The position numbers and the translations under genes were made by a program. A stretch of 58,697 nt of DNA, counting the filler, from Sphacelaria rigidula (lineage: Eukaryota), in the NCBI GenBank assembly GCA_964200075.2. It is 10 parts of 10 records of this genome, joined end to end, with 100 filler letters (N's around TTAATTAATTAA, not from the genome) between each part and the next. Parts side by side here need not be neighbours in the genome. Positions count along the whole stretch, not along the records: positions 47,040 to 52,818 come from CAXNAA020024526.1; positions 52,919 to 58,697 come from CAXNAA020024527.1; 8 more parts are not named here. The stretch is one strand, 5' to 3'. The notes under the pieces are model-generated. The model saw only the letters and a list, made by a program, of their open reading frames with translations, made no database searches and was not told the origin of the DNA. Of the stretch, positions 50,132-58,697 are shown piece after piece (within the stretch, counting starts at the first letter, position 1; each line of letters begins with the position of its first letter).

Positions 50132-50416
50132 CAAAGGTTGTGACATATATACATCGATAGTGCACTCGCTGGGATACTCTTCAGCATTTGTGACACACGG
50201 ACGGTGCAGTTGGGGCATGTTTTCATATATATTTTAGCATAGGGCACAATCGGAACAGAAACAAGTTCAATGCCTGTGTAAATATCTTGTACATATATCC
50301 AACTGCACCGTCTATGGGTCATGGACGACTTTTTTATTATTTTCATATACATTTTAGTATGGGACAATCGGAACAGAAACCAGTGCACTACCCATGTATA
50401 TATGTCATAACCTTTG
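50132..50416. mobile_element. hAT-type MITE with ~35-bp TIRs and a near-perfect 8-bp TSD
   Basis: ACTGAAAC|CAAAGGTTGTGACATATATACAT...ATGTATATATGTCATAACCTTTG|GCTGAAAC; internal direct repeat containing ACAATCGGAACAGAAAC. Confidence 0.8.
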
Positions 50417-51128
50417 GCTGAAACCCAATTTCCAAGAAACGGTAGCCTCCTGTTGTTGGCTCGCAGACCCAGAAGATCCAATAAACATATGTGAAAATCT
50501 TGCCGACACAAACACGCCCGAATGACATCTTGAAAAACACCAGATCATTGCGGGATATTCAATTTGTCCCTCGATCTTCGTGATCTCCGGCACACAAGCG
50601 TTCGCGCCCTGGGTGCATCGTCGGATCTTCCGGGTCTACGGCCCAACCAGCAGCGGGCTACAAATTCTTGGTCCTTGGTCTCGACCTTTGTGCGGGGTGT
50701 ATTTTCACAATGATGGGTATTTTTTGGACTGTTCGCCGTACTTTTTCCCGATAAGCCAAATTTTTCTTGGACTACTGAAAAAAAATCGGGAACCTGGCGA
50801 AAAAAGTGAAAGTGAGCGCACCGAAGATTGTGCAAGCAGCGCTAGAATCCTCTTGGAAAACATGGCAAACATTTCAGATGGGGCTCCACCCGCCAAGGTC
50901 CGTATTCCGCTGAAAATCTACCATCAAAGGCTCAAGGAGCGCGTTTTCCGACTAAAGGGAGCGCTAGGATCCCGTCCAGGATTTGCAGCCGGCAGTGCTA
51001 CAGAGGGCATTTTGTTCTATCCATCGGTGGTTGTCGGTCAGCGACTTCATCATCGTGTTTGAGGGTAGGAAACGGACCGCTCAGTAGGGTGACGTGTACA
51101 TGGTGTGTTCTTGTGCGGTGGGATATTA

Positions 51129-52013
51129 CAGTAGTCAGCGTCAGAAATATGCAGAATCCGTATTTCATTCATTTCTCAAAGATTGTCCGAATTGTTTTGC
51201 TCGCCACCACTTATCACAGTGACTGTTGGATGCCAAAAACATTTTATACCTCTTGACAAATATGGAAAGGAAAATTATCTGCGATCAATAATGAGTGACT
51301 TACGGGCTTGACCGATCTTCAGGGGTCCTGCGAAAATACGACCCCAGGCTCTAGCTTTTCGGTATTTTCGGTGAACCGGCTCGATTCGGATAATATGAAT
51401 GGAGACTCAGAAAGGATTGTTAGAAATTCTACATAGTCACTGCGCTAAAGCAAGAAACCATGTTTCTTGAACCATTTATGATCAATAACACCCTCCTGAT
51501 AAACGGGGTCTTTACGCGGTATCGCCCCCACGACATCAACTGGGGCGATTGTGATTCAAGCACGGTGTGCTTACTTTGCTAAAACTATCGACGCTAGCAC
51601 TTTCGAGTGCTCATGGAAAATGTTATGCGAAAAGAAACAACGAAAACAGGCCATCTGCAGAAAATGCTAGACTGAGGTCTGTGCAGTATAGGAGGTGAAC
51701 ACGATCTCGATCGTCATTGTGAAAAATTTTATACGTTTTCATTTATCTGAATTTTTAACGTTTCGTCGCTGAAGAGCGGGAAAACTGCTTATATTGGACC
51801 AAAAACTGCAATGACACCCTCCTGATAAACGGGGTATCAGGTCCGTATCGCCCCAAAAACACCAAGGCGAGCACTGCAGTTCGAGCGTGGCCTACGCATT
51901 TCCCATAAATCCACCGGCGCTAGCACTTTCAAGTTGTAGTGAAAAATAGTACTCCAGAAAAACTGAAAAAATAGAACAACTACGAATTCTGAAAACTTTT
52001 GATCCTGACCACT
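51129..52013 (-). mobile_element. Family C Tc1/mariner-like non-autonomous element (inverted copy of 14081-14979)
   Basis: TA|CAGTAGTCAGCGTCAG start; colinear reverse-complement match along its length. Confidence 0.75.
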
Positions 52014-52707
52014 AGATATCTTGTCACCGCGGTTACTCTTGGCGGGGGCTAATGTTAAGAGAAAAATCCGTCTACGGGCACAGCATGCTTGGTGTCTCGT
52101 GCCCGACAAAAGCCCGAGACACGCTCGTCTACAAAATTGTGGCTTCTATGGTCGACGTTTAAATCACGTATATATATTTTGCATCAACACAAGAATTTGA
52201 AGCACAAAGGTCAACACCTGGCTCGTCTGGTACTGCAAGTTGGAGTTCGAATATCATTCTATCACCCCTGTATTCATGACTTGGGTGCTGACTTGTATAT
52301 CCGACGTCTGCCAGCACCTCGTGGTGGAGTGTTTCATGTCCGGTAGCGTTCAATGCAAATGCTGTCGCTTTGAGAATCGAAGCTGTGTACGAGTATAAAT
52401 ACTGTGGTCCGCTCTCATCAGTTATTGTGATCTAGGTGAATGCTTGGTGCCCACCAAAGTCTCTACTTGTATTTACTTTCCGGTACACTTCCAGTCCCTC
52501 TCCTCCCTCGGGACGAGTCTGTGGTCTCGAGGGATCAACCCATCTTTACACGGTACATGCCTTGCGTTTTGGTGTAGCGAATTAGATCAGCTCACCCGCG
52601 CCGCGTCAACTCTCGCCAAATGAACTCGGGCAAGAAGACTTTTTTTTGTCTTCACTTGGGTCCTTACGCTTCCAACGGTAGAGATCAGATACTTGACATC
52701 CAGGACC

Positions 52708-52818
52708 GGTCGCCCCGGTGGCTCAGTGGGTAACCTCGTAACCCTCTGACGGTTGAGTAGTGGGGTTCGATTCCTCGAGCGATCTGGGATTTTTTCTGAC
52801 ACCATGCCCAACAGTGGA
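52708..52818 (+). mobile_element. tRNA-derived SINE head (Pol III type 2 promoter), truncated by the contig end
   Basis: Box A TGGCTCAGTGG (52719-52729) and box B GGTTCGATTCC (52764-52774); no intact cloverleaf or acceptor stem. Confidence 0.7.
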
Positions 52819-52918
52819 NNNNNNNNNNNNNNNNNNNNNNNNNNNNNNNNNNNNNNNNNNNNTTAATTAATTAANNNNNNNNNNNNNNNNNNNNNNNNNN
52901 NNNNNNNNNNNNNNNNNN

Positions 52919-53016
52919 ATCAAACGATTTCATGCCACGTTTGTTCACGTCCCACATTTCCCCCTCTAGCAGGTCCCGTTCCTCCTTGTATAGCTCATAT
53001 TCTGCCACTATATGAC
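52919..53016 (-). mobile_element. LINE family A internal fragment
   Basis: Matches 8645-8738 (TTCATGCCAC...GTTCACGTCCC.CATTTCCCC.TCTAGCA.GTCCCGTTCCTCC...CACTATATGAC). Confidence 0.8.
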
Positions 53017-54572
53017 ATAGTCATAAGGGGGGGGTGGGGGAGGCTTGTCAGCGGTTCTACGCTGCTGCCCCAAAGATGACAGGGGAACACTCAAGCTGAA
53101 GCGATACCATTATTCGCGTTGGTTGCTATCCATATGGGAACAGTATGTGGGGGTATTCCACTAGACACAAGCCCAAATGTATTCCAATACCAAATATTGT
53201 CTGAAGCCAATTCTCGTGTTTATTACACAAGCTCGGCCAGCCAATTTTTGGATTCCTGCGGCACACGATAGCTCGTTCAGTTCACCGAATTGGCCTGACG
53301 TAAGCACATTACATTGAACTACAGACCAACCGGCTGACCACAGCTTTGCCGCTGTTCGATGGACCATGGCTTGACCACGATGTCATCGAGTACAGTTTGC
53401 GCCTCGAATAGGCTCTTCTCCACACCGTGTTCTTCCTATTTAGTCATTCCATGTTCGTGTAGCAGTTATTCTGCTGCACCCGCGATCGGACATCCACTGT
53501 TGAACAAGATGTGAAATGCGCTGCCAACTGTGGAGAATTTGAACCAATACTTCATTTAAACTTCCCAGACGTCAGTTTCTAACCTTCGACTGGACGTTTC
53601 AAAGTTTTTTGGTTTCTTCATACGGTGTAGAAGTTTCAATTTTTGTCAGATTTTTCAGTTGGCTCTAAATTAACGTTTGCTTTTTCTTGGAACGTTCTGT
53701 CACCGCCCGACTGTTGATGGTACAAGTACTACGTCAAATATCAACACCTAGAAATAGGGCCTGCAACGCTGGTGAAGCAAAAACGTCGCCCTTGCTTGAA
53801 GCACCTGAACATCAAAGCAATACCCTGGGTTGAACGGTAGTCGCGATCGCGATTGGGCTGTCATACAAAAAGTGAAATGCACGGCCTAATTTACGATTTT
53901 TAGCGGGAGTTACAAGGAACTTCCACACACGAGTTGAAGTTCTTTCACAGAAGCTGCCAGAGATTTTCTCCTTTCTCAGGAATTCAAATCGATCCTACCT
54001 TTTTTTTTTCTCGGTAAATTTCGTCACTTCACACCTATTCATGTAGATCTTGCGTCAATTCTTCAGCTCCTAAATCCTAAAATTAAGCCTCGCAAAATTG
54101 TTAACCCCGAGCAATGATACATGGCTGGCCCGGCTCGTACAATATTTTAGGACCATGCGATACATCACTGTTGTATCGGTTATGTGACATCTCGAATATC
54201 CCTAAATGGTACACACGCAGCTGGCTGACTTCACATCTTGAATGGTTTTACTGTAGCGAAAAAGGGCGTGTATACACCTCTGTACAACTCTACACTCTCT
54301 GGTAGTTTAAGAGTAGGGAACCGTAGAGAACAGCTACGTACACTATTTTCGACAAATAGACAGGTTTTACACGGCACCAAGCAAGGATTGAACTGTAGTA
54401 CTGTAGACGACACACAAAGAGACGTGATGCTAGGTGGCATGATGGAGCGGGGGAGACGCACAAAATGGCCCTTACAGCACCTACAAAACCAACCCAGTCT
54501 CCTCCAGGACGCGCATACGGTTCATCGGTCACAATGGCTATCAGGGACGGAAAGCATGGGCATAAGAAACAC

Positions 54573-55254
54573 CTTTTTGCGATAAAGCTTCTTGAGTCCG
54601 TCGAAAATGACTTCTTTATCTGTGTTGGATAGCAGCGACCTTGGGATGTCACCTCCTTCGGTGCTGGTAGTTGCGCTAGCCCCACCGCCCCCCTGACGAT
54701 ACTGGCTTAGCTTCACCTGCGCAAGACACACGACAGGAATAATCGTTGCACAAGAAAAAAAATCGAAGTCGGGATTCTCTGCTGTAAGTCTCGGGTCCTT
54801 GCTTGCAGTTGGTAATACACGCGAGATGTTGACGGCCACTGGCACGGAAGCACAGCAACCGTACCGTAGCGTGTGTTTAGTCAAACGTGATAAAAGTACT
54901 GTCAGCAATGACTGTAGTACCGTGCAGCAGGGTACTGCCCTGCACAGTGCTCATCTTCTCGAAAATAAAAGACAGTAACACAAAACTTTCACCTTTCGTC
55001 CCAACGCTCTCGGATTCATCGGATTGCATAATCCGACATGAAAAAGAAAAAAATGCCTACGAGTACCTTACATCGTATTGGGAGATTTTGAAGCCTAAAC
55101 TACTCGTAGCTTAAGTCACGGCAATTGCGTGCAACCTTCCAGATCCTGAGGTTGTGTCGAACTATGTCGACGAACAATGCGCAACACGCCTTCGAATTCC
55201 CGTTAGGTACATATGATAGGAACCCCCCCCCACCCACCCACCCACCCACCCCTA

Positions 55255-55285
<31 letters not shown>

Positions 55286-56281
55286 TCTTCACAGCCTCAC
55301 CTCAGGGGTGACGGCTCCAGCGGTAGCATGCGACGGCGTGGAGGAGGCCTCCCCAGGCCATCGCCCGTCGCCCGCCCCACCCATCATGGCCATTCCCGGC
55401 CTTCCTTCACCCCCTTCGCCGAATTGCTGCTGCTGTTGGTGCTGCATACCGTCGGCATTGCTGGTATAGGATGAGCTACCACTGTCGTAGAATGAAGCTT
55501 CCGGATTCGAGGCCGCGCTCGAGCTCTGCGGCGGTGGCGGCGGCGGCGGCGGCTGCCGAACGGCGGTGGAAGGGTTGGAGGATTGCTGGTGGTGCCAGGA
55601 CGGCGGGGGCTGCTGCCACTCGTCCTGCCCTGCCCGATACGCCGCGGGTGATCCTTGTCCCGGTTGGGGGTGCTGCATTGCCTGCCGGGCTGTCGCCATG
55701 CGCTCGTGCAACGATGACTGTTGCTGTTGCTGCTGTTGTTGCTGCTGCTGCTCTGGCATCGCGTTGTGCATACGGTCAAAGCTAGTACTGCCGCTACCGT
55801 TGCTTTTACCGTTCCTGCTAACTTGCTGATCTTGCTGCTGCTGCCCGTGTTGTTGCCGTTGATCAAAGCCGGATGCCCCTCCTCCTCCTCCTCCTCCTGC
55901 AGCTGCTGCTCGGCTACTAGTCCCGCCAACTCCTCCTCCTCCCCAACCATCATCAGTATTAGGCAGTATGTGGCTTCCCGCGGGCGGTGGCGACGGCGGC
56001 GGCGGCGGCGGTGGTGCCCATCCTGCCCAGGTAGAGCCACCATCTCCTCGCCTGTTCCCCTCGTAGTTGTTGCTCGGCGGTGGGGGGGGGGGGTGCCTGC
56101 CCCCCCTCCTGCGGCGATGGCGGTGACTGTTGTAGCCAGCGCGACACCTAACGTCAAGGCAGCGGCTAAGGATCTCCCAGCGGTGGTGGAAGTTTGTGGG
56201 CGTGGACGACGGCGGCTGGTAGGTCGGGCATGAGTGCTGCTGGTATCGTTGTCGTTGCTTCTGTTGCTGGTACCGTGCATT
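54573..56281 (-). CDS. EH-domain-containing (EHD/RME-1, dynamin-like ATPase) protein, N-terminal exons 55301-56281 and 54573-54716
   Basis: Exon 54573-54716 ends KEVIFDGLKKLYRKK|gt, the EHD N-terminal motif. The upstream 981-bp Q/P/G-rich exon joins in phase 0 (...VTPE|gtgagg, gcgcag|VKLSQY). Confidence 0.75.
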
Positions 56282-58307
56282 CTGGGAGAGCACACGTGTC
56301 TGTCTCGATCATATTGTTCATCGGTGACTTTGCAAGTGATCATTCCGGTTTTGGTGTGTCAAGCCGACCAAGTCACTTCTCTTACGTCTTTGGGACTCTA
56401 AGATGCACCTACATATATGAGTCCTTCGTCCTCTCGTGAGATCTTGACAGCGGACGCAAGGGTGTGTATCTCCGGGGTTGTCACGTTCATTACCACCCCC
56501 TGCACGCGATGGAAAACGATTTCAAGCATAAAGTGGAACATGACGAAAACTTGTGATGCCACGATTCCCCCCCCCCAGCCCAACAGCACAGCAATAAAAC
56601 CAGCCCCCAAAACATGTGTTACGAAGAAAATGGCCATACAGCGTATGAGAGCTGGTTTTAGACAGCATCAAGTGCCTCAAATGGATGACAATGGGGGAAA
56701 CGATCTCAAGTGTGGGAGTTTCCAGCTGCTCGGGGTTTTCGGCTTTTGTCATTTGGATTCGTACCTTGTTCGTACTACGTAGATTTTGCCTCCTCCTCGC
56801 TAACCAGCCACTTCTTTGAGGGGCTGTGGTCCTGCTGTGGCGGCATCACTTGAACATGATTCCTTGCGGATGATTTAACATTACAGCTGTTGACCCCTGA
56901 CCCTGTACAAGGTATAGAACCCTGTGGCGACCCCCTACAAGGTACCGCCTCATGTTCCCTGCGGCGAGAGCAAAATGTCCAGTGTGGCTGCTCAGAGCAG
57001 CACGGTCCACCGCACACCGTACAGCTACTTAGCGCAGTAGTCTGTACCGGGACAGAAAGTTGAGTTGAGAGTTGTTTAGTTGGGTACAGCCACCAATCAC
57101 ACAGCCTGATCTTTCGATCAACATGATCACTAAGCTAACGTGTCACCTCTTCACGGTACCGCAGTCAATTTGTCACACCTAAACATGATTGATCGCGTGT
57201 TTTGTCCATTGAGTGTACCGTCTTGTATACTACAGTACCGTGATTAATTCTTCAGTATCCACCGTAGTTCTGCAGCGAACCCTCCTACAAGTTGCTGCGT
57301 TGTGCGCATGCACGATGAACGCCTCCCCAACATCGCCATGCGTGGAGTCATGGTTGGGGGGGAAGACGAGGGTAGGCCGGCCAGCAAGGCCCCTTTAACA
57401 CTGTATCACGGACTACGCAGGTGTCCGTTATTGTAGTCTTTTGTTCAAGTCAAATGTCATTTCACATGAAGGTGTGAATTGGTACCATTCTGACTTGAAA
57501 ACGCCACAACAAATGGACAACTGCCATAAATATACGATTGATTGTAGGCGAAAAGGGTCCCACAAGGAACATAACACCAGCCCCAGATCGCAATGGCACG
57601 ATGTTACGTAACCCTCCGCAAGCACACAAGACCGAACAGCGTTGTGATCTGTGAGTCCCGTTCTTGCGTCGATGCGGAGAGACTCGGGAACCATTACCGG
57701 GAAGGAAAAGGGTGTGGTCGTTGTGGCGTTCGTGAACGGCAAATGGGTGGGAAAAGAGCCGAATGTGTCGACGCCATGGTTGGAGTTGGCGCGGAGATGC
57801 CATTGAGCGCGGTGCGCCGCATCAGGTACAGTGTGGGAAGCAGGATAGGTATTTCTGGGCCGACAGGTGGCCCAGATAACGTACGGTTGAAAAGGAATTC
57901 CTAGATCAGTTACAAGTATACCTGCCCGAAATGTGGCCTAGAAAGGGGATTTGGTTTCTGGAGGCGAGACGTCCTTCTACGCATGGCCATATCTCGCGAG
58001 TAGAATGTTTCTTTCTGGATTTTATTTGAGACCCGGGTGCCGAGGAGCCCCCCGATTGCGGTGCGTCAGAAATTCGGAGTAAAATCGGCATAGATTGTGT
58101 GTTTTGCTGTTTTCGCGTTTCTGGTCTTTTTTGTACCTTTCTCAGGAAAAATACGAGAAGATGTACTTTTTTTTGGGCAATTGACCTTTTTGTTAAAACC
58201 CCACTCTCCACGGCCTGCGAATGAATCCAAGAAGCTTTGGGGATGCCTACTGAATAGCATATCCTGAAAAATGGAGTCGATCTCAAAAATGAGGTTCAAG
58301 TGACATA

Positions 58308-58640
58308 CAGTAGTGGGCGGTCTAATTATTTAGGGGTGTTTTGGGGTTTTCCTCGCGTAGTACTCTTCGATAGACGTCGAAATTGCTTGCGTCGGTAAAT
58401 TTTGTTACAACACAATAGATAATCTTCGAAACACAGTGCCCAAGTCAGTGCATGTTGGTGTTATGGGGCGAAACGAGTAAATACCCCGTTCATCAGGAGG
58501 GTGTTATTGACCGTGAAACAAAGTTTATCAGCCCTAGTGCCATGAGTAGGCAGAAAAAAAAAAATAATAAACTGAACTTTTCTTCACAAATATTATCAGG
58601 ACGGGCTCGATTGACCGAAAATACAGAATAACAGCCGATT
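58308..58640 (+). mobile_element. Family C-related element fragment
   Basis: TA|CAGTAGTGG start; TATGGGGCGAAACGAG...ACCCCGTTCATCAGGAGGGTGTTATTGAC matches 14245-14292 and 14570-14620. Confidence 0.65.
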
Positions 58641-58697
58641 TTCGAAAATGGGGTTGAAAAAAAAAATGAGGTTCAACTCAAAAGCCGTGCTTTCCCT

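Noticed and set aside
55384..56343. Overlapping alternative ORFs around the Q/P-rich exon
   Set aside because: GC-rich trinucleotide repeats keep several frames open; only one frame splices to the EHD exon.
56775..56960. Upstream EHD exon or EH-like 'KWLVSEEE' segment
   Set aside because: The splice phase does not fit the next exon and the motif similarity is too short.

Overview
Eukaryotic, repeat-rich DNA, most likely a brown alga (Phaeophyceae). This is inferred from short GT-AG exons in long introns, the 5S-like sequence, LINE/SINE types and TTAGGG motifs. The window is not one locus: it is ten ~5.78-kb contigs (eight lengths of 5780 then 5779 bp pattern, i.e. size-sorted) joined by 100-nt N spacers containing TTAATTAATTAA, so nothing should be read across the spacers. 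Genic content is fragmentary: exons of an EHD-family ATPase, an intron-containing homologue of a mostly bacterial 'CFGLHEWAM' protein family, a coiled-coil protein, a USP24/34-like helical region, a Cys-rich extracellular repeat and a few unknowns. The rest is mobile DNA: a 5'-truncated LINE, a SINE-like partner sharing a structured 3' end (both sitting in poly-G/C tracts), a tRNA-derived SINE head, hAT MITEs with 8-bp TSDs, a Tc1/mariner-like non-autonomous family, several foldback elements and degenerate mariner, hAT, gypsy, kinase and Ulp1-like remnants. The most notable observations are (1) a ~220-bp hairpin insertion whose two arms each carry the 3' half of 5S rRNA, with an empty-site paralogue in the same contig, and (2) a LINE/SINE pair with a conserved multi-stem 3'-terminal RNA fold that appears to target G/C homopolymers. 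All alignments were done by eye.
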